This document shows, piece after piece, positions 52,780-62,664 of a stretch of 64,000 bases of DNA; position 1 is the stretch's first letter, and each line of letters begins with the position of its first letter. The position numbers and the translations under genes are program-made. The DNA is from Candidatus Spyradenecus sp. GTDB taxonomy: Bacteria > Verrucomicrobiota > Verrucomicrobiia > Opitutales > UBA953. The stretch is from NCBI GenBank assembly GCA_045535075.1, contig JAZSKX010000005.1, forward strand, positions 95,924 through 159,923, in the 5' to 3' direction. The notes below the pieces were generated by a model. The model had not been told where the DNA came from, did no database searches, and worked only from the letters and a program-made list of their open reading frames with translations.

Positions 52780-54441
52780 TTACGAAGAGGCGAGAAGCTC
52801 GCGGGCGTGCGCAAGCGCGGCGGGCGAGCGGCGGTCGCCGAGCATGCGGGCAAGTTCGTCTTCGCGGGAACTCGCGTCGCCGTCGAGTTGCGCGATCTCG
52901 ATTTTCGTCGTCGTGTCGTCCTGCGTTTTGGTGACGCAAAAATGATGTTTGCCGAGCGCGGCGACCTGCGCCAAGTGCGTGATGCAGAAAACCTGATGCG
53001 TGCGCGCCACTTCGGCAAGCTTGCGGGCAACGTGCACGGCGATTTCGCCGCCGACATTTGCATCGACTTCGTCGAAAACGAGCACGGGCGTTGCGTCGGC
53101 TTCGGCAAGCATTGCTTTGAGCGCGAGCATAACGCGCGCGGTTTCGCCGGCGGAGGCGATTTTGTTGAGCGGCAACAAATCCGTTCCCGCGTTCGGAGAA
53201 AAAAGGAAAGCACAATCCGTCGTTCCCGTTTCGGAAAGCGTTTTCGTTTCCGTAAGCCTGACGGCGAGGTCGGCTTTTTTGAAACCGAGTTCGACGAGAA
53301 TTTTCTGCGTTCCCGCGGCGAGTTTTTTCGCGGCGGCAAGGCGGGATTTGTGAAGCGTTCCCGCGAGCAAACGTAATTCTTTTTCAATTACATCGGCTTC
53401 CTCTTGCGTGCGAGCGAGCGTTCCCGCGACATCGCTTTGCCGCTCGATACGCAGGGCAAGCGCGTCGCGTTTGGCGCGGACGCTTGCGGCGTCCGGTCCG
53501 TATTTGCGGCGCAGTTCGAGCCAGGCATTCATGCGCTCGGAAATTTCGGCAGCGGTTTCGGGATCGGCTTCGGTTTCGCCGAGCAAGGCGGCGTATTCGG
53601 CGCGCAAGTCTTCGGCTTCGATGGCAAGCGAATTGGCGCGCGACGCGAGATTTTCGGCGGCGGGAACGATGGCGGAAATTTCTCCGGCGAGGCGCAGAAT
53701 CTGCGGGAACGTGTTCGCGAGCCCGTCGTCGCCGAGCGCGGCGTCGATGCCGCCGAGCAGCGACTGCAGTTCTTGCGCGTTGGCGATTTTGGCGAAATCG
53801 TTTTCGAGTTGCTCAATTGCTTCGTCGGCGAGGTCGAGGCGATTCATCGCGTCGAGTTGCGACTGCGCGAAAGCGATTTCGTCGGGCGACATTTTTTCCT
53901 GCGAGCGAATGGCTTCGATTTCGGCGAGCACGTTTTTCCAATCGCGAAAACGGGCGGAAAATTTTTCGAGTGCGGGAACGTTGCCGGCGAAGAGATCGAG
54001 AATTTCGAGCTGATATTTTTCGTGAAAAAGTTTTTGCGGTTCGCCGGGGCCGTGAAAATCAATCCAGGTTTCGCCGAGTTCGGAAAGTTGCGCGAGCGTG
54101 GCAAGCGCACCGTTGACGCTGATGCGCCCGGGCTTGGCAACGTGGATCGTGCGCCGCAAAATGAGTTGCCCGTCTTCGCAGAGCGGGAGCGCGAGTTTTT
54201 CCAAAACCGCATCGACGGGAACGGGATTTTCGAGCGCGACGACGGCTTCGATTTCACAGGATTCCGCGCCCTTGCGAATGACGGTTTTGGCGACGCGATT
54301 GCCCGCGAGAATCGCCAGCGCGCCGAGGAGCACGCTTTTGCCCGCGCCGGTTTCTCCGGTAACGACGTTGAATCCGCCGTCAAATTCAAGCTCGACGGCG
54401 TCCATCAGCGCAAGGTTTCGGATTTTTAAAAATTGAAGCAT
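52780..54441 (-). CDS. recN: DNA repair protein RecN
   Basis: TGETGAGKS, KIASAGE, VFDEVDANVGG, ITHLAQVAA. Confidence 0.95.
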   Translation of the reverse strand: MLQFLKIRNLALMDAVELEFDGGFNVVTGETGAGKSVLLGALAILAGNRVAKTVIRKGAESCEIEAVVALENPVPVDAVLEKLALPLCEDGQLILRRTIHVAKPGRISVNGALATLAQLSELGETWIDFHGPGEPQKLFHEKYQLEILDLFAGNVPALEKFSARFRDWKNVLAEIEAIRSQEKMSPDEIAFAQSQLDAMNRLDLADEAIEQLENDFAKIANAQELQSLLGGIDAALGDDGLANTFPQILRLAGEISAIVPAAENLASRANSLAIEAEDLRAEYAALLGETEADPETAAEISERMNAWLELRRKYGPDAASVRAKRDALALRIERQSDVAGTLARTQEEADVIEKELRLLAGTLHKSRLAAAKKLAAGTQKILVELGFKKADLAVRLTETKTLSETGTTDCAFLFSPNAGTDLLPLNKIASAGETARVMLALKAMLAEADATPVLVFDEVDANVGGEIAVHVARKLAEVARTHQVFCITHLAQVAALGKHHFCVTKTQDDTTTKIEIAQLDGDASSREDELARMLGDRRSPAALAHARELLASS

Positions 54442-54584
54442 GGAAAAATTAAATTAGGGAGAAAACGCGAATACACACGAACAAAACACAAATGTTTTAA
54501 TGCTATACGAGCAAAGTTTTTTGAAAAACTTCCGTAAAAATCGGTGTTAATCCTCGGTTAAAATATTCGTGTCGATTTTTTAGA

Positions 54585-55865
54585 TTAAAAACATTTTCGC
54601 ACCATGGTAAGCGCGGGAACGAAATTTTCCGAGAAAAGACGGCGCGGGAACATCACGGTTTGCCCGGCGCGCCCGGCAGAAATTGACTCGGCGGGTTTTC
54701 CCGTAAAACCGTCAACCATTTCCGCAACGGAAATTTTCAGCGGATTGAATTGTCCCGGAATCAGAAAATCAATTTCGTCGCCGAAAGAAATTTTATTGCG
54801 AATTTCGACATGAACAAAATCGCCCGCCGGCGTTCCCGTAGCTTGAGTCCACGGCGAATTTTCAACGACCATGCCGACGTTTTGCGCCTTCCCGATGCTG
54901 ACCGTACTCTCGTAATTTTGCGCTTCCGCGCCGGGCACGCCCGAAAAAAATCCGCGCGTATAAGTGCGATTCTGAAGCATTTCGAGTTCCCGCATGTAAG
55001 GCTCGGCATTCCAACTTTCCGGATTTTCAAACCACGCGTCGATGGCGGCACGGTAAACGCGGGCAGTCTGCGCGACGTAATAATCGCTTTTGTTGCGCCC
55101 TTCGATTTTGAGCGATGCAATTCCGGCTTGGAGGATTTTCGGCAGTTCCGGAAGCAAACACAAATCACGCGAATTCATAAAGTACGTCCCGCGCGAATCT
55201 TCTTCAACGGCGATCAGCTCGCCCGGACGCTTTTCTTCTTCGAGAAAAACCTTGTAGCCCCAGCGGCAGGACTGCGCGCATTTGCCCTGGTTTGCGCTAC
55301 GCCCGGTCATAAACGCCGAAAGCAAACAACGCCCGGAATAGCTCATGCACATCGCGCCGTGAATAAACATTTCAAGCTTCATCGCGGGAACGCGGCGGCG
55401 GATTTCGCAAATTTCATCGAAGGACGTTTCACGGGAAAGGACGCAAAGTTCCGCACCGAGTTTTTGCCAAAATTCAACCGTCGCCCACGAAGAAATGTTT
55501 GCCTGCGTCGAAATATGAAGCGGAATTTCCGGCGCGTGTTCCCGCAAAAACATAAAAATTGCAGGATCGGAAACGATAACACCATCGGGCGCAATTTCGC
55601 GAAGACGTGCCGCAATCGCAGGAAGTTTCTCGATGTCGGCGTTTTTTGAAAAAAGATTCAGCGCAACGTAAATTTTCTTCCCGGCGGCGTGCATCAGGCG
55701 CGCGCCTTCAGCGAGCTCGTCCTGCGTAAGCCCGACTGTGGCACGAAGCGACATCGACGGCATTCCGACGTAAACGGCATCCGCGCCGTAAGCGAGCGCA
55801 ATTTTCAAGCGCTGAAACGTTCCCGCAGGAAGCAGCAATTCGGGTTTCGCCAAATTTTTATTCAT
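54585..55865 (-). CDS. U32 family peptidase-like tRNA hydroxylation protein (TrhP/YegQ-like)
   Basis: PELLLPAG, GADAVY, HGAMCMSYSGRC, CAQSCR, LKIEGR. Confidence 0.88.
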   Translation of the reverse strand: MNKNLAKPELLLPAGTFQRLKIALAYGADAVYVGMPSMSLRATVGLTQDELAEGARLMHAAGKKIYVALNLFSKNADIEKLPAIAARLREIAPDGVIVSDPAIFMFLREHAPEIPLHISTQANISSWATVEFWQKLGAELCVLSRETSFDEICEIRRRVPAMKLEMFIHGAMCMSYSGRCLLSAFMTGRSANQGKCAQSCRWGYKVFLEEEKRPGELIAVEEDSRGTYFMNSRDLCLLPELPKILQAGIASLKIEGRNKSDYYVAQTARVYRAAIDAWFENPESWNAEPYMRELEMLQNRTYTRGFFSGVPGAEAQNYESTVSIGKAQNVGMVVENSPWTQATGTPAGDFVHVEIRNKISFGDEIDFLIPGQFNPLKISVAEMVDGFTGKPAESISAGRAGQTVMFPRRLFSENFVPALTMVRKCF

Positions 55866-55974
55866 GCGTTTTATGAAATACCAATTGACGGGAACGGGAA
55901 AGGTTTTTCTCTGAGTTCCGGCATTGACAGCAGACAAGAAAACACTTTCAATTTCTGACTAAATTTTTTCATCT

Positions 55975-56059
55975 GCCCAGGTGGTGAAATTGGTAGACAC
56001 GCAGGTTTCAGGTACCTGTGCCGCGAGGCATAGGGGTTCAAGTCCCCTCTTGGGCACCA
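55975..56059 (+). tRNA. tRNA-Leu(CAG)
   Basis: GCCCAGG/CTTGGGC acceptor, caggt-ttCAGgt-acctg, encoded CCA; TTGACA-N17-TTCAAT upstream (55924-55952). Confidence 0.96.
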
Positions 56060-56068
56060 TTTCCAAAC

Positions 56069-56109
56069 AGCCCGCAAGCCGCATAAATACAAGGTTCGCG
56101 GGCTTTTTG
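56069..56109 (+). terminator. Probable terminator after tRNA-Leu
   Basis: agcccgc...gcgggct followed by a T-run. Confidence 0.6.
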
Positions 56110-56353
56110 TATTTAATAAATTTATTTAAAACCGCCCAAAACGCCGGGAACGCAGATAAATAAACGGATGGGGAAGAAATCCCCCTAAAAATCCGTAAGC
56201 GGAAAGCCGGTATACAAGCTCACGCGAAACAAAAATGATTGTACCCCAAAAAACTAAGAGTTCCCTAGTTTTCAGGAATAACGTTATCATTATTTTCGCC
56301 TTTTGAATCCTATTTTGCGTCAATCAGCGAAACGAATTCGCGAATCTCCGTGG

Positions 56354-56379
56354 TGAAACTTTTTTCTCGGCGCGGCGTT
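56354..56379 (+). promoter_or_regulatory. Second TGAAAC-N16-CGTT ECF-type promoter
   Basis: tgaaac ttttttctcggcgcgg cgtt, 27 nt upstream of the ABC ATPase. Confidence 0.6.
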
Positions 56380-56406
56380 CTCTCCGTAATATCGTAGAAA
56401 GATTCA

Positions 56407-57114
56407 ATGCCCGACACCGAAAAAACAGAAAACGTTCCCGTAATTGAACTGGTTGATGCCCGAAAAATTTATCGCATGGGCGACGAAGACGTAAACGCGC
56501 TCGACGGCGTAAGCGTCAAAATTCATCGCGGCGAATTTATCGCAATTCTCGGTCCGTCCGGATCCGGCAAGTCAACGATGATGAACATGCTCGGCTTTAT
56601 GGATACACTGACGAGCGGAAAAATGTTTTTTGAAGGTAAAGACGTTTCCGGAATCGGAGCTTCGAAACGCGCCTGGTATCGAGCCAATCGCATCGGCTTT
56701 ATTTTTCAGGCGTTTAATCTGCTCCCGCGGCTGACGGTTTTGGAAAATGTGATGCTCCCGCTGAGTTATTCGCGTATTTCGCGAAAAGAAGCGGAAGCGC
56801 GCGCACGCGAAGCGCTTTCCCGCGTGGCGCTTGACCATCGAATTACACACATCCCGTCGCAACTCTCCGGCGGCGAGCGTCAGCGCGTTGCGACGGCACG
56901 GGCACTCGTGAACAGTCCGGGGGTTGTCTTGGCGGACGAACCGACGGGCAATCTCGACAGTAAGAATGTCGCGCGCACATTGGATTTGTTGCGTTCCCTG
57001 CGCGACAGCGGGCTTCCCGTCGTTATGGTAACGCACGATTTGGAAGTCGCAAAAGCGGCAAGTCGCGTCGTTTCGATGCGTGACGGGAAAATTTTGGAGG
57101 ATTACCTGCAATGA
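56407..57114 (+). CDS. MacB/LolD-type ABC ATPase
   Basis: GPSGSGKST, IGFIFQAFNL, LSGGERQRV, ADEPTGNLD. Confidence 0.92.
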   Translation: MPDTEKTENVPVIELVDARKIYRMGDEDVNALDGVSVKIHRGEFIAILGPSGSGKSTMMNMLGFMDTLTSGKMFFEGKDVSGIGASKRAWYRANRIGFIFQAFNLLPRLTVLENVMLPLSYSRISRKEAEARAREALSRVALDHRITHIPSQLSGGERQRVATARALVNSPGVVLADEPTGNLDSKNVARTLDLLRSLRDSGLPVVMVTHDLEVAKAASRVVSMRDGKILEDYLQ

Positions 57115-58379
57115 ATTTTTACGGAGCATTTGTCAACGGGTTACGGGAGATTCTTGCGCACAAAATGCGTTCATTGCTTTCGATGTCGGGAATTATCCTC
57201 GGCGTAGCGGCGCTTGTCGCGATGGTTTCCGTCGTACAGGGCATGGTCGGTCAGTTTAAAGGCTTTATCGAAATGCAGGGCGGGATCGAAAAAATTACGA
57301 TTTCGACCGAATCGCTCCCGAAAGAGCAGGAACATTTACAGGAGTCTGCGCCGGGGCTACGCATGGTTGACGTCGATGCAATTCGCAAGCTTGTCCCGAG
57401 CGTTTCGCATATTTCTCCGGAAATTTCAATTCGTTGGACAAGCATTGCGCGCAACGGCAAGGAATTTAACGCCCGCGTCACGGGAACGATGTCGGATTGG
57501 CTTGTCATCAACAAACGCTCGGTCCAGAAGGGACGTTTTCTTGCGGATGCCGACGAGCTTTCCCGCGCGAAGGTTTGCGTCTTAGGGTCGCTTGTCGCGG
57601 AAGAAATTTTTGAAAGCAATGAAGATCCGATCGGCAAGCCGGTGAAAATCGGCGGCGAATGGTTTACCGTTGTCGGCATTCTCAATACTTATTCTGTCGG
57701 CGGAGGCGGCGGAAGAAATGCGAAACGCGGTCCCGGGCGCTGGATGAACGGCGGCTGTTATATCCCGATTCATACGGCGATGACAAACTATACGTCGAAC
57801 GACAAACTTTCTTCGCTTTATGTGCGCGTAAGCTCCGTCGAACAACTCGAAGATACCGTTTCGCAACTCGACCGCGTTCTACTCCAATCCCACAACGGGC
57901 TCCAGGATTTTTCGATTTCGACGAACGAGGAAATGCTCGACGAATTCAAAAAAACCGAACAATCGTTTATGATTTCTTTGGGCGGCGTAGCGTTTATTTC
58001 GCTGTTTATCGGCGGGATCGGAATCATGAACGTCATGCTGGCGGCAATCAACGAACGTATCCGCGAAATCGGCGTGCGCAAGGCGGTCGGAGCTCGCGGG
58101 AGCGACATTTTCATGCAATTTCTCGTTGAAACGGCGCTTGTCAGCTCGCTCGGCGGTTTGCTCGGGCTTTTGCTTTCCGTAGGCCTCGTCAAGGGAATCG
58201 GCATGGTAATGGCGGGAGGCGCTTCGCCGATGAGCAGCGGAATGGTCGGCATGTCCGTCCAACCCGGCGTTATGCTTGCCGGTTTCGCCTTTTCTGTCGG
58301 AATCGGTATTGTTTCGGGAATCTTCCCCGCGCTTCGCGCCTCACGCCTCGATCCGATCGAAGCGCTACGCTACGAATAG
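57111..58379 (+). CDS. MacB/FtsX-family ABC permease
   Basis: KMRSLLSMSGI, GGIGIMNVM, ERIREIGVRKAVGA, LDPIEALRYE. Confidence 0.92.
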   Translation: MNFYGAFVNGLREILAHKMRSLLSMSGIILGVAALVAMVSVVQGMVGQFKGFIEMQGGIEKITISTESLPKEQEHLQESAPGLRMVDVDAIRKLVPSVSHISPEISIRWTSIARNGKEFNARVTGTMSDWLVINKRSVQKGRFLADADELSRAKVCVLGSLVAEEIFESNEDPIGKPVKIGGEWFTVVGILNTYSVGGGGGRNAKRGPGRWMNGGCYIPIHTAMTNYTSNDKLSSLYVRVSSVEQLEDTVSQLDRVLLQSHNGLQDFSISTNEEMLDEFKKTEQSFMISLGGVAFISLFIGGIGIMNVMLAAINERIREIGVRKAVGARGSDIFMQFLVETALVSSLGGLLGLLLSVGLVKGIGMVMAGGASPMSSGMVGMSVQPGVMLAGFAFSVGIGIVSGIFPALRASRLDPIEALRYE

Positions 58380-58454
58380 CGCGAGATTCGAGTTTAAGCC
58401 TCTTTAATCTTTAAGCGTCGGAGTTTAATCTCTAGGATTTCCCGCAGTTTCACG

Positions 58455-60266
58455 ATGCCGAAAATCCGAATTCTATCCGACAATGTTGCTAATCAAATCG
58501 CCGCCGGCGAAGTGGTTGAGCGTCCTGTGTCCGTGATTAAAGAATTACTGGAAAACGCCATCGACGCGGGAGCGACGCGTATCGGCATTGAGTTTCGCAA
58601 CGGCGGGCGCAATTTCATGTCCATTGAAGACAACGGCGTCGGCATGTCGCGGGACGAAGCACTGATGGCTCTCGAACGCCATGCCACAAGTAAAATCCGG
58701 GCGACGGAAGATTTGGACTCAATTCAAACGTTCGGCTTTCGCGGGGAAGCATTGCCGTCCATCGCGTCCGTTTCTCAATTTACGCTTAGAACACGTACTG
58801 CGGATTCCTCGCTCGGTACCGAAATTTTTGTCAGCGGCGGAAAATATGTCCATTGCCGCGAAGTGGGAATGGCGCCGGGAACAAAAATCGAAATTGCGAG
58901 CCTTTTTTCTAACGTTCCCGCACGTCTGAAATTTCTTAAGTCGGAAAATACCGAAGCCGCGCACATCACGCGCATGATTCGCCTCTACGCCGTCGCCCAC
59001 CCGAAAATCGCTTTTACGCTTTGGGAAGACGGACGCGAGATCTTCCGCTCACCCGCAAATCTTGAAATAATCGACCGCGTTGCCGCAATTTGGGGACGCC
59101 AGCTTGCCGACGATCTTATGCCGCTCGTTCCCGCAGAGGCTTTCGGGATGAAAGTTTCCGGACTCATCGGGAAACCCGGTGTCAACCGCAGTTCCCGCCA
59201 GGAAATGGTCACCATCGTCAACGGACGCCCCGTCGATAATCGCACAATGGCATATTCGCTCGTGGAAAGCTACCACACACTGATTCCGCGAGGACGCTAT
59301 CCGCTGGCATTTTTGTTTTTGGAAATCGACCCGCACGCGATTGATGTCAACGTGCATCCCGCGAAACGCGAAATTCGTTTTCGCGATGAATCCCGCGTGC
59401 GTAATTTTTTAATCAATACAGTGCTTCAAAGTCTTTCGCCGCAGCAAGACACTGCGCCGGAGCCGCCACGCCCCGTTCCCGCAAGCACATTTAAAATTGA
59501 ACCTCAAGCGCCCGTCGCGAAATCGCAAGCACGTGTCGTTCCCGCGTACGATTATCCTCAACCGAAGAACAATCCTCCGCAACTTGCTACGGGAACTCCG
59601 GCTGCCGCCCCGCTCCCGCAAGCGCAACGCCCGGAGCCATTTCCACCGAAAACGCAAGAAACTCCGGCAACGCTTCCGGCGTTTCGCCAATGGCGCTTCT
59701 TAGGGAAAATGGCAGGCGAAAATCTGGCAATTTTTCAGACCGGAGACTCCCTGCTTCTCCTCAACATTCGCTTTGCGCGGGAACGCGTCCGCTTTGAACG
59801 CGTGCTCGAGCGTTTCCGGACGTCGACTCCGGTTTCCCAAGCGCTGTTAATTCCGGAACCGCTGGAACTTGAGCCGATTCAGGCGGATACTCTCAATCGA
59901 AGCTTGCAAACGCTCAGCGCAGCGGGATTTGAAATCGAAGAATTCGGACGCCACTTCTTTCGCATAAACGCGGTTCCGGACTGGCTCGACACCAACACGA
60001 ATGTTGCCGAATTTGTACGCGACCTTGTTGTTCGCATCACCCGACTTCCCGCCGAATTCTCGCGGGCAAATATCGCGCACGAAACGCTGGCGCGCATTGC
60101 GGGAGCGCACGCCTCGTCCGTTTCGGAAAATTTCGATGCCGATAAAATCGCGATTCTTTTGCGGGAACTTTTTGAATGTTCCCAACCGAATGTTTCGCCG
60201 AACGGGCAAAAAATCTTTGTCGAAATTTCACATCAGGAAATTTCCCGTAAATTCGGATTACTCTGA
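58455..60266 (+). CDS. mutL: DNA mismatch repair protein MutL
   Basis: NQIAAGEVVERP, HATSKI, GFRGEAL, DVNVHPAKRE. Confidence 0.96.
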   Translation: MPKIRILSDNVANQIAAGEVVERPVSVIKELLENAIDAGATRIGIEFRNGGRNFMSIEDNGVGMSRDEALMALERHATSKIRATEDLDSIQTFGFRGEALPSIASVSQFTLRTRTADSSLGTEIFVSGGKYVHCREVGMAPGTKIEIASLFSNVPARLKFLKSENTEAAHITRMIRLYAVAHPKIAFTLWEDGREIFRSPANLEIIDRVAAIWGRQLADDLMPLVPAEAFGMKVSGLIGKPGVNRSSRQEMVTIVNGRPVDNRTMAYSLVESYHTLIPRGRYPLAFLFLEIDPHAIDVNVHPAKREIRFRDESRVRNFLINTVLQSLSPQQDTAPEPPRPVPASTFKIEPQAPVAKSQARVVPAYDYPQPKNNPPQLATGTPAAAPLPQAQRPEPFPPKTQETPATLPAFRQWRFLGKMAGENLAIFQTGDSLLLLNIRFARERVRFERVLERFRTSTPVSQALLIPEPLELEPIQADTLNRSLQTLSAAGFEIEEFGRHFFRINAVPDWLDTNTNVAEFVRDLVVRITRLPAEFSRANIAHETLARIAGAHASSVSENFDADKIAILLRELFECSQPNVSPNGQKIFVEISHQEISRKFGLL

Positions 60267-60271
60267 AACCC

Positions 60272-61153
60272 ATGAATATCGAAGTTTTGAAAAATGTTTG
60301 CACCGGCTATCGCCTGCTCGACAGCGGCAACAAGCGCAAGCTGGAACAATTCGGTCCGATTCGGATTATTCGCAGCGAGCCGAAGGCGTGGTGGAAACCG
60401 TCGTTGCCGGATCCCGAATGGCGCGCCGCCGTCGCCGTCCACGAAGACGAAGCTTCGCGGGAAGGTTCTTGGCGTTTTAAAGGGCGCGCTCCCGAGCCTT
60501 GGATTTTGAAGTTTCGCGACGCGTTTTCTCTGCAACTTCGGTTCATGGATCGTTCGAAGCAAATCGGAATTTTCCCCGAACAGTCTCCGCATTGGGATTT
60601 CATTCTGAATAATCCCGTTCCCGCAGGGAAAACGAAAAAATTGTTAAATCTTTTTGGATACACGGGAGCAGCTTCGCTCGCCGCCGCACGTGCCGGATGG
60701 AATGTTACACACGTCGACGCCTCCAAACCGGCTGTAGCCTGGGGACGCCGGAATCAGGAAATCTCCGGACTCGCAGAAGCGCCGATTCGTTGGATTCTCG
60801 AAGACGCCGTGAAATTCTGCCAACGCGAAGTACGGCGCGGGAACAGCTATGAAGCGATTTTACTCGATCCTCCGGCGTTCGGACGCGGCCCGGGCGGCGA
60901 GCTTTGGAAAGTGGAACGCGACCTGCCGCCGCTTTTGGAGCTTTGTAAAAAGTTGCTTTCCCCGCAGGCCTCGCTCGTCATTCTGACGCTTTACACAATC
61001 GACGCGTCATCACTGCTTTGCAAAAACCTACTTGAAGAAATGACTGCGGGAACGCGCGGCGGGAAAATCGAATTCGGCGAACTCGCAACCCCCGAAGATA
61101 CGGAAAACGCTCGCCTGCTTCCGCTTTCGCTTTGGGCAAAATGGACAAGATAG
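60272..61153 (+). CDS. Class I SAM-dependent methyltransferase (RlmI/RlmK-like)
   Basis: GIFPEQ, LNLFGYTG, HVDAS, LDPPAFGRG. Confidence 0.85.
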   Translation: MNIEVLKNVCTGYRLLDSGNKRKLEQFGPIRIIRSEPKAWWKPSLPDPEWRAAVAVHEDEASREGSWRFKGRAPEPWILKFRDAFSLQLRFMDRSKQIGIFPEQSPHWDFILNNPVPAGKTKKLLNLFGYTGAASLAAARAGWNVTHVDASKPAVAWGRRNQEISGLAEAPIRWILEDAVKFCQREVRRGNSYEAILLDPPAFGRGPGGELWKVERDLPPLLELCKKLLSPQASLVILTLYTIDASSLLCKNLLEEMTAGTRGGKIEFGELATPEDTENARLLPLSLWAKWTR

Positions 61154-61695
61154 CTCCGGCAACGGAAATCTTCACATCAAACGAACTCGCCGCCAACAAC
61201 GCGGAATTTACCGCTCTAAAACGAATTCCACAAATCCGGGAACACAAAATGCCTCCCGGACGCCGAAATTAAAATCCGTGCTTAGCCGTTTCATCTGCGG
61301 CTAAAAATACTTCTCCTTCCCCTAAAAAGGAGCACAGGCGTCCCGGCAGTTTTCTCCTGCTCGTTAATCCGGTAAAAATCGTACACCGGCGCGTTCCCGC
61401 AACTGCGAAATCCGGATAAGTCTCTCACAAAGCCCGCCAAATTTCACAAAGTTTTTCTTAACGCTTTTAGTGAATTCCGCGAAGAAAATCTCAGAAAAAT
61501 TCCCGAACCTTCCCGAGTTCCCGCAAAACTTCGTGGTCGCCCGAAAAATCGCCCCGCTTTCCCGCCTAATATGCCCCGTATTCCGTTTTCTCTTGTGAAA
61601 ACCGTTTTTTTTGCACAATCAGAGAACATACCCCCCCCCGTTTTTGATACAGAAACGCATTATCCCCGAAAAATGCCACCCCTATATCTAAAAAA

Positions 61696-61878
61696 ATGAT
61701 TCAATTCTTCTTTGGGATTCTTATTGCAACCTGGAACATTGTAGCATTGCTCGCGATTGCTTCCAATGCACTCAAGTACACATCTCTATCTGACGATATG
61801 TTGCTCGCGCTCATAGCTTCTGCCGTGGGACAAACCATTCTTCTCGGAATTTCAAGTATACCGTTAAAAAGCGAATAA
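61696..61878 (+). CDS. Small two-TM hypothetical protein
   Basis: 60-aa hydrophobic ORF at the start of the AT-rich segment. Confidence 0.5.
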   Translation: MIQFFFGILIATWNIVALLAIASNALKYTSLSDDMLLALIASAVGQTILLGISSIPLKSE

Positions 61879-61914
61879 ACTCACTGCCCAATCGCTTCTA
61901 AACACGAAATTACC

Positions 61915-62643
61915 ATGTCCACCAAACAAACCTCCGGAAAAAGAATCCCATTATTGCTTCTTCTCACTTGGGCCTGCGCAACATTGGCTTGCGCCTACTT
62001 TATCAAGTCTGAATGGGTAGTTACCGGAGTCTTCGCTCTTATTGCCTATAGGCTTGGACTAGTGCCGGAGAACCTTGTAAATGCGTTTTTGCAAAAAAAA
62101 TCAGTAGCAGCAGATGATCAAACCGAAAAAGAGGCGAATGAGAAAAAGGCATACGACAAGGAAATATTTGAAAATGAGATAGGAGTCACCACTCATTCGC
62201 TCCCAATCCCTTCGTCTCGCAGTCTTCACAGCTACGAACAGATGGAGAGAAAGACGATAGAAGCCATCCGTAGCATCATTCCCGGATTTGTATTTGAAAC
62301 AGGAAAAAAAGTTTCCGTTAAAGGAAGTCGCCCTCTCCTTCCGGACGGTTTTTTTCAACGAAACGGAGAGCATTTCTTATTGGAAATTAAATTGGCTCGT
62401 CCTTCAAACTCCCTACGACTCCTTCATTCTCTAGACTCTTACATCTCCCTCTATGAAAATAAAAAAACTCCAGCATCATTTTACCTTGCCCTCGTTTTCG
62501 ATAACGAGAGCGTTCGGAAATCTTTTGAACGAGTACGCAGAAATTTCGAAGAGAAATTTGAAGCCCTCTACAAAAATTACAATGCGTTCCTAATTTGGAT
62601 CGACCTGAGCTCATCCGCCACTGAAAAGAAACCGACAGAATAA
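61915..62643 (+). CDS. Membrane-anchored protein with a putative PD-(D/E)XK nuclease-like domain
   Basis: Two N-terminal hydrophobic segments; PDGFFQRNGEHFLLEIK. Confidence 0.55.
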   Translation: MSTKQTSGKRIPLLLLLTWACATLACAYFIKSEWVVTGVFALIAYRLGLVPENLVNAFLQKKSVAADDQTEKEANEKKAYDKEIFENEIGVTTHSLPIPSSRSLHSYEQMERKTIEAIRSIIPGFVFETGKKVSVKGSRPLLPDGFFQRNGEHFLLEIKLARPSNSLRLLHSLDSYISLYENKKTPASFYLALVFDNESVRKSFERVRRNFEEKFEALYKNYNAFLIWIDLSSSATEKKPTE

Positions 62644-62664
62644 ACCTCAACCCCAAATCAGACT

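Noticed and set aside
52752..53387. 211-aa alternative-frame ORF
   Set aside because: It lies within recN on the same strand, with no homology cues.
54442..54584. LexA box upstream of recN
   Set aside because: Only one GAACA half-site is present; no acceptable TGTTC-N4-GAACA palindrome.
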